Positions 20,101 through 28,413 of a DNA stretch of 40,646 nt are shown here, one piece after another. The notes below the pieces were generated by a model. The model did no database searches. It was not told the origin of the DNA and worked only from the letters and a program-made list of their open reading frames with translations. Each line of letters begins with the position of its first letter. The stretch's first letter is position 1. This DNA comes from a virus (lineage: Duplodnaviria > Caudoviricetes). The position numbers were made by a program, and so were the translations under genes. The stretch covers positions 1-40,646 of the IMG/VR virus record IMGVR_UViG_3300042346_000744. One strand, given 5' to 3'.

Positions 20101-22049
20101 GTAAGTTTAAACAATCGCTTAATAGTGGCTTTTATCATCATATTAGGGCTTATGCTGCGGCCAAGGTGTTAGATGGTGGAGATGCCGGGGGCAAGGTTTG
20201 GGAGTATTTCATTAAGCCCGCTAATGAACGAGGCGAATGGGAAACCAGCAAACGGGCCGAATATACGAGCAAGCTGAGTGAAATATTAAAGCCGGTGTTT
20301 GATGGTGCGCCATTAGGTGGATCAGGGCAATACTACCCATCTATTGGTACCAGCTTAAATAAAACTCAGGTGATGGGCATGGCTTTGAATATGGGCAATG
20401 CCAGCAATTTACAGCGATTAATGGGCGGCGAAGGCTGGACATTAGCGCAGATCAATTCAGTGGTTAAAACCTTAACAGCCGAAGATTGGCGAGCTGTTCA
20501 ACAGATTTGGAATTTAATCGAAGAGTTTAAGCCATTAGTCGCGGCTAAAGAGCGGCGTTTGTATGGCAAGGAACCCGCGTGGATTGAGCCGCAAGGGTTT
20601 ACGGCCTATTCCAGCGATGCGGGGCCGATTGAAATGGCGGGTGGTTATTATCCTGTCAAGTATGATCCTAGAGGTAGTTTGCAAGCGGAACAACATGCGG
20701 ATGCTGAAAGCGCCAAAGATCAGTTAAAAGCGGCTTATTCGGCGGCCACGACTCGGCGCAGTTTTACTAAAAACCGGGTGGACGAGGTGTTAGGCCGTCC
20801 GTTGCTGTTGTCTCTGGATGGGGTTTTTAGTGGCATTAACGAGGTGATTCATGATCTGGCTTGGCATGAATGGCTGATCGATATGAATAAGGTGTTAGCT
20901 TCTAAGCTGATTGTCGATGGTGCCATTCGACCTTATTACGGTAGTGACATTATTCGAGTTTTTAAAGACTGGCGGGATAATATCGCCGGGGGCGATGAAA
21001 AAGCCAAGCGTGGCATTGAAAGTGCTATGGCATGGATGCGGCAAAATGTGAGTGCATCTGGCCTGTCGTTTAACGTTATGAGTGGCGCGATGCAGTTTAC
21101 CGGCTTGGCGCAAAGTATGCTTGAAGTTGGATCGCCCTGGGTATTTAAGGGCATTATGACGATGTTGAATGATGAAACCATGACGCGCGACTTTGTGAAT
21201 GAGCGCAGTCCGTTAATGCAAAATCGAAGTCTGACACGTTTTAGAGAGTTGGCCGAGTTGCGCAACCGGATACAGTATCAAAGCGAAGCCAAAGCAAATT
21301 TTGATAGTTATAAATTTTGGATCATCGTAAGAGCGCAGGGTTTAGTCGATTATCCTACCTGGGTAGGTGCTTATCTTAAAGCGTTGAACGATTATCACGG
21401 CGAAGAAAAGGCGGCGGCTATGGCTGATCAAGCGGTTATCAATAGCCAAGGCGGCGGCGAAACTAAAGATTTATCTGCCATCGAGAATAACAAAAACCCT
21501 TGGGCGCGTTTATTTAGCTTGTATTACAACTTTATGGGTACCAAGTTGAATATGGCGTATGTCGCAGCTCAAACCACTCAAAATAAAGCCGAACTCGCGG
21601 CAAAAATGTTGTTGCTGTTTACTGTGCCTTTAGTGATGGAGCATGCTTTAAGAGCTGCTTTAACCCCGGATGATGATGACTGGGATGAGATCAAATGGCA
21701 AAAACATTTAAAAGAATTAGCGGGGGAGCAATCTGACCAATTCTTAGGGCTGTTTGTTGGGTTACGCGAGATTAAGGAGCCTATCAAACATGCCATGCAG
21801 TTAAGCGACCAAGTGCGCAATTATGAAGGCCCAACGGGGTTAAGGCTGTTTGGTGACTTAGGTGATCTTACTATACAGGCAGGTCAAGGCGAATTCGACG
21901 CGGCGTTTAGAAAAGCCTTTATCAATGTGATCGGTGACACCACTGGCTTGCCATCGGCGCAAATCAATAAAACCTGGACCGGTGCGGAAGCGCTGGCCGA
22001 TGACGATACAGACAATCCTGCAGCGTTGCTGTTTGGTTATAAAAAATAA
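14142..22049 (+). CDS. Large polyvalent internal virion/ejection protein
   Basis: 2635 aa at the gp16 position. Two ART-like modules (WHGS...GYGLYFS; YHGT...GDGFYFT), an LPD23-like TGWFKGVDDKWRFEISD, and two HExxH motifs (17364-17378, 17973-17987). Confidence 0.82.
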   Translation: MANQNPYLDLLQQDTETDLRQSMVSAADKQPDVEARLRKLASDYQLPVEAVRLDRETVERKAKLDSVDYLKLAKELPATAAVFKDPNNAAIVYDDLENLTGIEKALKFGKNTGSAALSGVFGATEGVAGLMEGGADALARVTGPVADAMGVPDVLGRPLAQDIRDIRQNQRDWRQYLTPKGDSNLESGYYSGVQSLSQNLLTLPLAIATDNPSLMLNALTGITGGQSYGKARDKGLSLEQSALYGAADATVEKATEMLPVGQLFKDLKAGSGLFKTLSAQLATEIPGEQVATAFQDLNEWAVLHPEKTFQDYLADRPDAAIQTLIATAVGTGGVVGTMKAAEALANGQLGKARQSQNRTAQLEELHNLAAASKVMQRDPALVKAVAEGALADSDAQNVFIDANTLAQSGVLEQLVASMPELEAQLPDALATGGEVKIPLADYVTNIAPASYAQSLLPHVRLEGEDFTPAQAKAYIDNHQTELQALQESHVLDLQQQQAKQASILNVKALIKDKLDSISHHTGAVNDHNATLHAHFYAAMGEKLGMSAESLYEQYPVEINSTLLGRVLGQKAWHGSPYFFDKFSLNNVSPDYNKQKFGYGLYFSDSKSVAEFYKDYGKTETSINGTLYHVELLPSEDDYLLWDKNLSEQSTKVLNALQNAKNGFLAEFKEPIENLSVQSLYFAASDFYGSDKSASEHFLSLGIRGIKYKFADDFNYVIFNDNDVEIKAFYQDKRGASKALYQSAFDQPLTTQTPLPERQTTITVDGVERSTLNSNGQAIHPTVEGVENFWRWFGDSKVVDESGRPLVVYHGTKADFKDNVFKLGEIAHGRASGDGFYFTSKKEIANAHGKDGHVMPVYLKSNDPFYGNPFKLEEPRKSQVLNGEGDFNEVLKSVGFDSITDEKFDVIVVFDPTQIKSATGNTGEFNPENPNILYQFAGENAETANQFTLETAQQRLASGEDAETIRQDTGWFKGVDDKWRFEISDKDASIANGLAYKGNPVGPAASELIRKLDRPLVLSDVLQHPALFAAYPDLANFGVTFVPGKTLNNARGSISGKQILLDDQLPGIDVKSVLLHEIQHGIQTIEGFASGGNPEQFKNIKALHGELLRQKNQVLDDYGFDYWANDLIINNPEKYNNLLLDGKDSLSLEPMYKEFVKTLAEDDARYFLYKLNDYDKQISKYEKLSRYDKDEAYFRLAGETEARNTQARASMTDAERLARSPESTQDVKNSDVIVLFNGTEMHNAPMPANTLNQTQRGAFNPDTRTITLLDNADLSTFLHETGHLFLELQFDLVSRLMQENHLVGSTDMQKQLIKDTQTLLGWFGLDGETGFDQWHALDFEQKRAYHEKFAVAFEKYLMEGKAPSLELARVFASFRQWLKDVYKYVVKYFDGVELTDEVRGVFDRMLATDEQIALAQQGRSLLPLFADQAKSGMSETEFAEYQATWAASTSDAQEQLAIKGLKDMQWLQNARSKTLKQLQAKHDSLRRAIRSEVRLDVYERPVYRAWQYLTGKLRDEDKIQPVKKSSNPNVVDATQDNLFVAIAKLGGLDKQEVVDRWDWDQQGRAPMPVFSKPVVRKTGGLSIEAMAEKLVDEGYLSTDEHGKFDTREFEEKFGAQLRGQDQFSHQFDDRAALGEQRAGEQIKNIYGLHYARIEAVALDNMLDLPDRIINRIKELKMTAKEGLHPDIVADLFGFSSGDELMIALAEATPPNELIEQLTDQRMLQEHGELSTPEAIQREADRAISNDARAKMVSTEATFLAKATGSVRLLTAAAKEMAFNMISRVKIRDLSPSLYSRAEAKAAKAALQAEKAGDMATAAAEKRNQLINIQANKAAHEARESIEKGVKYLKKFENGGLPTIDADYNDQIMAILDRYDFKKLTDAERNRRQLSLENWLKQQEDEGLTPNIHAALLKEHQRIPYKDLTVEELRGVIDAVKQIEHMGREKYKMRVLSEKRNFLELQQEVSDSIFENAKGRTRKTEREAQDLFGKFKQSLNSGFYHHIRAYAAAKVLDGGDAGGKVWEYFIKPANERGEWETSKRAEYTSKLSEILKPVFDGAPLGGSGQYYPSIGTSLNKTQVMGMALNMGNASNLQRLMGGEGWTLAQINSVVKTLTAEDWRAVQQIWNLIEEFKPLVAAKERRLYGKEPAWIEPQGFTAYSSDAGPIEMAGGYYPVKYDPRGSLQAEQHADAESAKDQLKAAYSAATTRRSFTKNRVDEVLGRPLLLSLDGVFSGINEVIHDLAWHEWLIDMNKVLASKLIVDGAIRPYYGSDIIRVFKDWRDNIAGGDEKAKRGIESAMAWMRQNVSASGLSFNVMSGAMQFTGLAQSMLEVGSPWVFKGIMTMLNDETMTRDFVNERSPLMQNRSLTRFRELAELRNRIQYQSEAKANFDSYKFWIIVRAQGLVDYPTWVGAYLKALNDYHGEEKAAAMADQAVINSQGGGETKDLSAIENNKNPWARLFSLYYNFMGTKLNMAYVAAQTTQNKAELAAKMLLLFTVPLVMEHALRAALTPDDDDWDEIKWQKHLKELAGEQSDQFLGLFVGLREIKEPIKHAMQLSDQVRNYEGPTGLRLFGDLGDLTIQAGQGEFDAAFRKAFINVIGDTTGLPSAQINKTWTGAEALADDDTDNPAALLFGYKK

Positions 22050-22058
22050 GGGGTTTGC

Positions 22059-24263
22059 ATGACGATTGAAAATAACGCTAGACGAACCGCCTTGTTTAAT
22101 GGCGATGGCGTCACGACGGTTTTCCCGTTTACCTTTAAGGTGTTTAATGGCGCCGAAGCGGATGCGGTGGTTACATCGGCTTTAACCGGTACCCAAAGCC
22201 TGGTTTATGGGGTTGATTATACGGTATCGCTGAATGCTGATCAGGATTTGAATCCTGGGGGGTATGTCACCTTGGCGCAGCCTTTGGCGTCGATTTTTAC
22301 GATGCGGATAATGTCTAATGTGCCTTATACGCAACTGGTGAAGCTGAATAATGCCGGTGGGTTTTATCCTGAAGTGCTGAATTTGGCATTTGATAAGCTG
22401 ACGATGCTGGTACAGCAGCTGCTTGACAAGCAGGAAAACCCGGAGATATTCGGCAATTTATTTACCTGGACGGCCTACGCGAATAGCGCTGATGGGTCAG
22501 TGGACTTTACCAACGGGGTTTGGGATGGGCATTTGTTTAGAGGGGTGGCCTATAACAAGTTGACCGCGCACGAAAGCACAGACTGGGCTGATTATGTGTG
22601 GGAACAGATTGGTATTGATGGGTTGCCTGGGGTTAATGGGACTAAAAGCATTACATTAACTGCTTTTAAGTGGAGTAATAGCGGCGTTGGTTTACACAGT
22701 GCGGCTTTTATATATACCTGGGCAACGGGCGATGTTTCCGCGTATCCGGCGGGGTGGACTGCAGCGGCGCCGCCTTCACCTGATACGGGTTACACGTTGC
22801 ACATGATTCATGTGGTGGTGTCTGATGATGCCGAAGCGGATACGTCAGATGGCGAGTGGGCCGATGCGTTTGAAAGTACGATAGGTTATCGGGAAGATGG
22901 TTCGATAGGGCCGCAAGGTCAAGGGCAAGTTAAGGGGTTTAGTTTCAAACGCGCCACGTCAACACCATTCACACCGACAGGCGGAAGTTATGCCAACCCT
23001 AATGCAACGGGTTGGAATGATGGGATTCCGGCTGGCACTGATCCTATTTATGTAGTGACACGGATTTTTACTTCAGATGGATTGCCACCACAGCAATCAG
23101 CTTGGTCTGCGCCTGTTTTGTTTGCGCAAGATGGGACGGATGGGACGAATGGATCAGGATCTCGAACGCGTTATATTTTTAGCACCGCCACGTCTGCGCC
23201 TGCTTTACCGGCCAGCAATGCTACAACCGGTTGGGATTTAACTGCAAGTACCAACACGGTTTGGATGAGTCAACAGGTTAATATTGTGGACATATCCGGC
23301 ACAGTAACCACGTATGGGGCGTGGGATACAGCAGTAAAAATTAAGGGCGAGGTTGGCGACGCTGGCACGAATGGCCAATCATATCGCCGCGCGTATGTGG
23401 TGACCACTTTGGCGACTCCGCCCAGCATTACCGCTGGATCGGGTGATGTGGTTCCCACGAATACACCCAGTGGTCAAGTATCCGGCAAGGGTTGGAGTTT
23501 TAACGCTTACAGCTCTTTAGCGGCTGGAGAGTTTCAGTATGTGACCGATGGCATTTATACGGCTGGGGGCAATATCGCCTGGGGCAATGCCTATCTGAAT
23601 TACTTGAAAGTGGGTAGTTTGTCGGCGTTGTCGGCTGATCTTGGCGTTGTTGAAATATCCAGCACGGGTAATTTGGCGTCAACTGGCAAGGCTTACGGCA
23701 ACTCAACGCCTGGGTTTTTCTTGGGGTATTCGGGCGGGGCTTATAAGTTTGATGTGGGGGATAGTGCCAAGAATATCCGATGGGACGGCTCTAATTTTTT
23801 GGTGAATGGCGATATTATTTCGACAGTTAATATTCAAGCTAATGCGACTACTCTTATAAGATCAGCACGCAATTCGGCGATGTATTGGCAAACATTCACG
23901 ACAGCTAATGTTTATTATACGGTCACAGGGTCAGAGCTTACGTTTCCTGCTGATGCTAATCGCGGGGCCAATAATGTATTGATGTTGTCTTGGTGGCCAG
24001 AAAACAGGCCATCTTTTGATGAAGATTGGGTTGTTGTTGTTGAAACGTCTACTGATAATGTGAATTGGGTTAGTGACGGAGGGGCTTGGTATTTTAGAAC
24101 CCCCAAATGCGCCGCCGGGGATCAGGATTTAACTGCAATTTGGGATTATGGGGTTTTTATTCCAACAACAGTTTTTTATATGAGATTAAAAGCCACTAAT
24201 AAATCAACTAATAATGCACGATTGAGGGGTTATAACTTTATGATTGTAGAGTACAAACGATGA
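22059..24263 (+). CDS. Tail fibre / receptor-binding protein
   Basis: T7 gp17-like N-terminal anchor (NGDGVTTVFPFTFKVF...FDKLTMLVQQL), short collagen-like G-x-x linkers, Thr/Ser/Gly-rich body. Confidence 0.85.
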   Translation: MTIENNARRTALFNGDGVTTVFPFTFKVFNGAEADAVVTSALTGTQSLVYGVDYTVSLNADQDLNPGGYVTLAQPLASIFTMRIMSNVPYTQLVKLNNAGGFYPEVLNLAFDKLTMLVQQLLDKQENPEIFGNLFTWTAYANSADGSVDFTNGVWDGHLFRGVAYNKLTAHESTDWADYVWEQIGIDGLPGVNGTKSITLTAFKWSNSGVGLHSAAFIYTWATGDVSAYPAGWTAAAPPSPDTGYTLHMIHVVVSDDAEADTSDGEWADAFESTIGYREDGSIGPQGQGQVKGFSFKRATSTPFTPTGGSYANPNATGWNDGIPAGTDPIYVVTRIFTSDGLPPQQSAWSAPVLFAQDGTDGTNGSGSRTRYIFSTATSAPALPASNATTGWDLTASTNTVWMSQQVNIVDISGTVTTYGAWDTAVKIKGEVGDAGTNGQSYRRAYVVTTLATPPSITAGSGDVVPTNTPSGQVSGKGWSFNAYSSLAAGEFQYVTDGIYTAGGNIAWGNAYLNYLKVGSLSALSADLGVVEISSTGNLASTGKAYGNSTPGFFLGYSGGAYKFDVGDSAKNIRWDGSNFLVNGDIISTVNIQANATTLIRSARNSAMYWQTFTTANVYYTVTGSELTFPADANRGANNVLMLSWWPENRPSFDEDWVVVVETSTDNVNWVSDGGAWYFRTPKCAAGDQDLTAIWDYGVFIPTTVFYMRLKATNKSTNNARLRGYNFMIVEYKR

Positions 24264-24868
24264 ATATTACTATTGCGGCGTATGACAATCTTGGCGAAAT
24301 TACGTCTATTCGCTATATCCCGGAGTCTGAAAAAGAGCTTTATGAGCCGTGCATAGCGTTAGTTGAAAAGGGTGTTAGTCGTGATACGCATTTTGTTGAA
24401 AATGGGGAGTTAGTCGAAAAATCGCTTAAACCTAGCAACTTTCATGAATTTGATCCACAATCAAAATCCTGGGTATTGCCTGAGTATGCAGACAGTGAAA
24501 TCAAGCAGCGAGAACAAGAAACCGTCAAATTAACGGCCAATAACACCAGTAATGAGCCTATTTTGTTTGAAGGCAAGTTAATCGACGCTGATGTTAATGC
24601 GCGTGAAAATATCAGAAATACAATTGACCGGTTAACGTATGAAGATGAGCAAGGGCTTTTTAGTGGCAATCTATTCTGGATCGATGCCGAGAATAATACG
24701 CTGGACTGGTCTGATGCATCAGTTTATTTAGCCTGGTTGAAACGCTTGCATATTGCCATTGCAAACCGAAAAACCGGGCTTGTTTTAACGGCCAAAGCCG
24801 AAAAGGATCACATTAAAACGGCTGACGCGGCGGATTTGGTGACGGTAAAAGCTAAAGGCAAAGGGTGA
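24260..24868 (+). CDS. Tail fibre assembly/chaperone-like protein (DUF4376-like C-terminus)
   Basis: KPSNFHEFDPQSKSWV and FWIDAENNT motifs; ATGA-coupled to the fibre gene. Confidence 0.6.
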   Translation: MNITIAAYDNLGEITSIRYIPESEKELYEPCIALVEKGVSRDTHFVENGELVEKSLKPSNFHEFDPQSKSWVLPEYADSEIKQREQETVKLTANNTSNEPILFEGKLIDADVNARENIRNTIDRLTYEDEQGLFSGNLFWIDAENNTLDWSDASVYLAWLKRLHIAIANRKTGLVLTAKAEKDHIKTADAADLVTVKAKGKG

Positions 24869-25876
24869 TTATATGTCAACGTCACCTGGATCAAGGTTTA
24901 CATAACGCTGCAGCGTTTGCCATGTGCTGTGCAGCGTGATTTGCTGCACTTGCTGAATGCTTAGGCCTTGCTCAAAGAGTCGGCTTGTCGCTTCGTGGCG
25001 TAAGTCGTGGAAGTGCAGGCCGGTGATATCTAGCAATTTACAAGCTCGGGTAAAGTTTGCGCCTACTGTTTTTGAGTGGTAAGGGAATATCACCCCGGTT
25101 TTTTGACCGTGTTTTTGAATGATTTTATACGCTGATTTGGGTAGCTTGCAGCGTCTGGATAGGCCTTTTTTGCGAGGGTCTTTCAGGTCGCGGATAATAA
25201 TGGTGCGGTTATCGTGGTTGATATCCTCCGCTAGAATTCGAGTTATTTCTGATTGTCTGCGGGCGCTATAAATCGCAAAATACATTAAATGCAGCATGTA
25301 AGAGCCTGCGCCAAAATAACGGGCCAATGCCCATATCTCCGCTTTAGTCGGTCGGCGTTCACGCTGTTCTGATTTTCCTATCATCCCTTCGCGCCTAAGC
25401 ACTTCTCGGGCCGCTTCAAATATCCCTGCTGGTGTGTCGATCTCGATGACTCCGGCCATGGTTTTAATCACAGTCCCTAACCAAATCAAATCATTAACAG
25501 CCGTTTGCGGCTGGCATTCTGTGTTTCTTATTCTGATATGTTTGATCAGGTCTTTAGCGGTCAACGTGTGTACGTTGAGCTTGGCAATATCCCGGGTGAT
25601 GAGCTTTTCAAGGTCAAAGCGTTTGCTTCTGCCGTCTGGGTCAAACTCTTTGATATAGCGTTGGATCACTTCACCGACTCTAAGCTTATCGCGGGTTTTG
25701 TAAACCCCGGTTTCTTGGATTTCCACTTCCCGGCGTTTCGCCCAATCCGCCGCCAGGCGCAGCCGGTCAAACGTTTTTGATTCTCGGTGTACAATCACGC
25801 CTTTATTTTTAATGACAATCTCGGCCTTATAAACCGTCGAGCCGTCTGCCTTAATTCTTTTTGTAATGGTTGCCAT
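24869..25876 (-). CDS. int: Tyrosine integrase (dusA-associated type)
   Basis: Catalytic residues in SARRQSE, DLKDP, FHDLRHEATSRLFE, TLH and QRY; adjacent to a dusA fragment. Confidence 0.93.
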   Translation of the reverse strand: MATITKRIKADGSTVYKAEIVIKNKGVIVHRESKTFDRLRLAADWAKRREVEIQETGVYKTRDKLRVGEVIQRYIKEFDPDGRSKRFDLEKLITRDIAKLNVHTLTAKDLIKHIRIRNTECQPQTAVNDLIWLGTVIKTMAGVIEIDTPAGIFEAAREVLRREGMIGKSEQRERRPTKAEIWALARYFGAGSYMLHLMYFAIYSARRQSEITRILAEDINHDNRTIIIRDLKDPRKKGLSRRCKLPKSAYKIIQKHGQKTGVIFPYHSKTVGANFTRACKLLDITGLHFHDLRHEATSRLFEQGLSIQQVQQITLHSTWQTLQRYVNLDPGDVDI

Positions 25877-25877
25877 A

Positions 25878-26067
25878 CGGTACGCCTAAAAATTTAGGCG
25901 GATTTTAGGCGTACCGATAAGACAAAATCAAGCCAAATTATGCAAAACAAAACAACGATAAACCAAGACACTGCGCCACATAGGTTTTGTGTTGCGCCCA
26001 TGCTGGATTGGACAGATTAAGCTGTTATAGCTTGGTTTTTATGGGGGTTGGCGGATTTTAGGCGTAC
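25878..26067. repeat. attP region with arm-type repeats
   Basis: 14-bp inverted repeat CGGTACGCCTAAAA (25878-25891 / 25903-25916). 18-bp direct repeat GGCGGATTTTAGGCGTAC (25897-25914, 26050-26067) brackets the dusA fragment. Confidence 0.8.
25940..26020 (+). pseudogene. dusA: Replacement 5' end of dusA containing the attP core (26 aa)
   Basis: Translates to MQNKTTINQDTAPHRFCVAPMLDWTD*, matching the conserved DusA N-terminal RF.VAPMLDWTD motif. Confidence 0.88.
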
Positions 26068-26079
26068 TGTTTAAATTTA

Positions 26080-26406
26080 TTAATCATCAATTGGGCGGTT
26101 AAGATATTTTTCATATCGTCTCAGGTTTGAAATACACATTTTGCAAATGTCACTAATAGGCACATAAAAATCACGTCTTTCTGTCCTTTCGTTGCCTGAT
26201 TGTATGGTTCTAATAGTTATGGTTTCATTACCATAAAATTGTTCAATGTCATATTTGTTAGCATGTGGAACATGAAAAACAGGCACTCTTATTTTATAAC
26301 GATAAATATCATAAATTACAGAATCACATGGAGATGAGGGTCTTAATATATGCCATTTCAAATTTTCACTTTTTGTTTTCCTGGATAATATAATTTCTGT
26401 ATCCAT
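26080..26406 (-). CDS. AT-rich hypothetical protein, last gene of the early-left operon
   Basis: 108-aa ORF in operon orientation; visibly AT-rich. Confidence 0.55.
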   Translation of the reverse strand: MDTEIILSRKTKSENLKWHILRPSSPCDSVIYDIYRYKIRVPVFHVPHANKYDIEQFYGNETITIRTIQSGNERTERRDFYVPISDICKMCISNLRRYEKYLNRPIDD

Positions 26407-26414
26407 CTATTTGC

Positions 26415-26639
26415 TCATAATTTTTTATCTAAAATCTTTGCAAGATCCTCAATATCCACAAACCACGGTGCACCATTGGCGGGCCTGACTTGAAATGCTC
26501 TGACGCCTAGTTTTTTTTCTTTTGCGTAACGTCGGGCTATTTTGGGGGATAGGCCGAAGTATTTGCGGCATACGGCTTCATCTTCGACGTTTAAATGCTT
26601 GGTTTTGTGCTCTTGGTAAAGTGCGTCAACTGTGTTCAT
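26415..26639 (-). CDS. PrtN-like DNA-binding protein, probable excisionase
   Basis: VCRKYFGLSPKIARR...APWFVDIEDLAKILD pattern; close to attP and int. Confidence 0.65.
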   Translation of the reverse strand: MNTVDALYQEHKTKHLNVEDEAVCRKYFGLSPKIARRYAKEKKLGVRAFQVRPANGAPWFVDIEDLAKILDKKL

Positions 26640-26640
26640 G

Positions 26641-26829
26641 TCATTTTTTAGACTTTTTTCTTTGTCGATGTAAGCGCGACGTCAGGATTTTCTTTTTTTT
26701 GGCGCATGCTGAGCATTGTGCTTGATTGCGGGATTTGACGGCATATTCAATGCCGCATTTACAAATTCTGACTGTTCCTAAAACAAAATCTTTTCTAAGG
26801 TCCATGCCTTTGCTGGGCGCAGTTTGCAT
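26641..26829 (-). CDS. Small basic zinc-finger protein
   Basis: CKCG...QCSAC followed by a Lys/Arg-rich tail. Confidence 0.55.
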   Translation of the reverse strand: MQTAPSKGMDLRKDFVLGTVRICKCGIEYAVKSRNQAQCSACAKKKKILTSRLHRQRKKSKK

Positions 26830-27161
26830 TAGCGATACCCGTTGTGCTCAAAGCTAAAATGGTTCATGTCGTTTTCAATGCGTTTTGAGCCGCCTAGGTC
26901 GTCCCAGTAATCATGCAGTTTTGCGTAAGCTTTGGTCGGGGCTAGTTTGCCGTTTTGCACGATGTTGAGATCCACAGCCAAGCGTAATTTGTGGCAGCTG
27001 TTAGCCGATCCATAGCCGCCTTTTACGCCCATTGCGCCATGTGCGCGGGGGTCGCGGTAGGCATCGCCGAATGTAACGGGTGTGCCTAGATGCTCGGCAT
27101 GGATGATCAGGCTGGCGACGGCGCGGGCAAATTTTTGTTGTTTAGTAAGCAGCTCGCTCAT
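26829..27161 (-). CDS. M15-family peptidase (L-Ala-D-Glu endolysin type)
   Basis: GDAYRDPR, SCHKLRLAVDL (SxH-x6-D) and DMNHFS zinc-ligand motifs. Confidence 0.82.
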   Translation of the reverse strand: MSELLTKQQKFARAVASLIIHAEHLGTPVTFGDAYRDPRAHGAMGVKGGYGSANSCHKLRLAVDLNIVQNGKLAPTKAYAKLHDYWDDLGGSKRIENDMNHFSFEHNGYR

Positions 27162-27718
27162 AGTGTCGTTGATGTGTAGTTTTTGATCAGTTGATATGCG
27201 TGGCTGACAAATTGCGCCTGGTACATGGCATCGGCTAGGGCGTCGTGTTGGGTGCCGTTGAATGGGATGGTTTTTTTGGCGTTGATGCCGGTTATGCGCT
27301 CGGCGATGTCGACGATTGTTCGGGTGTCGCGTTCTTGCCAGTATTGCCAGGGTGTTTCTAAATGGTTGCGATTGAATGCATTGCGCAGAATGACTAAGTC
27401 AAATGACGCGCCGTTTGACAAAAGCGTTTTAGTTCCAGGTTTTATAAAATCATCGAGTTTAAATAAGGCATGGATAAGGTCTATCTTTTCGCCGCTCAAC
27501 AGGCAGTCTTGTGCTGTTATAGGTTGATTTAGCCACCATTCCACCGTTGATGCGCTGATGTGTCCGGTGTGGTTTGATGTGTCATAAAAGCTGGTTTTGA
27601 CGTGGAAATTTTCGCCAATTTGCCCGGTTTCTAGGTCAAAATAACACGCGCCTATGCTTAAAATGTAAGCGTCTGGTGCGGTGCTTAGGGTTTCAAGATC
27701 TATCATTAAGTCATTCAT
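27158..27718 (-). CDS. DEDDh 3'-5' exonuclease
   Basis: MIDLETL, NGASFD, ERDTRT and HDALADA motifs. Confidence 0.88.
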   Translation of the reverse strand: MNDLMIDLETLSTAPDAYILSIGACYFDLETGQIGENFHVKTSFYDTSNHTGHISASTVEWWLNQPITAQDCLLSGEKIDLIHALFKLDDFIKPGTKTLLSNGASFDLVILRNAFNRNHLETPWQYWQERDTRTIVDIAERITGINAKKTIPFNGTQHDALADAMYQAQFVSHAYQLIKNYTSTTL

Positions 27719-28413
27719 GCGCTTTGCTCCAGCTTCTGATAATCGTTGATCATGTCGGCAAATAGGTTGCTTACGTCGGTATTGATCAGCGCGTAATGTT
27801 CTTTGACAAAGCGCAGCATCATGATTTTTTCTTTGGGTTGTTTGACGACAAAAGCGGGCTTTGGCCTGGGTAGTTTTTCGACCATTTCAACGGCTTTTTG
27901 CAGTTCGTTGTAAATGTCGTTGAATGGGTCATACGTCACGGCAGGCTGTGGAATTTCATCACATTGAAATTGCTGATCCTGCGAAGCTTCCAGCGTTTGC
28001 TGTTGTTCCATCGACTGCGGTTGAGTATCCATATCCATTCGGGTGTCCATACTTGACTCTGCCAAGTTTTCATCGGTTTCGATATTGGACTCCTGCCCAC
28101 TATCCAATGCCAGTTGTGGAGCGGGATTGCTTTCCCCCGCCGGTTGAACGGTAGATGCTTGTTGATCCGCATAAAACGCCTCCAAGGCTTCAATGCCTTT
28201 TTTGGTAATTTTGTGAATGTTTTGTCCTCCGCTGACTGAGCTGGTGACATATTTACTCGCTCGCAATGTGTAAATCATCGCGCTGGCGTTTTTAAGATCA
28301 GCAATTTGGCTGTTTTTAATGTCATCCGCTTTTTTTAAGATATCGCGGGTTTTTAATCCTTGCGGGTTGTCGCGCAGGATCTGCAGTGTTTCGGCATGGG
28401 ATGCAGGTATCAT
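27715..28413 (-). CDS. Hypothetical protein with a winged-helix-like N-terminus
   Basis: LQILRDNPQGLKTRDI...HKITKKGIEAL followed by an acidic linker; ATGA coupling. Confidence 0.6.
   Translation of the reverse strand: MIPASHAETLQILRDNPQGLKTRDILKKADDIKNSQIADLKNASAMIYTLRASKYVTSSVSGGQNIHKITKKGIEALEAFYADQQASTVQPAGESNPAPQLALDSGQESNIETDENLAESSMDTRMDMDTQPQSMEQQQTLEASQDQQFQCDEIPQPAVTYDPFNDIYNELQKAVEMVEKLPRPKPAFVVKQPKEKIMMLRFVKEHYALINTDVSNLFADMINDYQKLEQSA

Noticed and set aside
22059-25876. BPP-1-style diversity-generating retroelement
   Set aside because: No reverse transcriptase ORF and no template/variable repeat pair was seen near the fibre gene.
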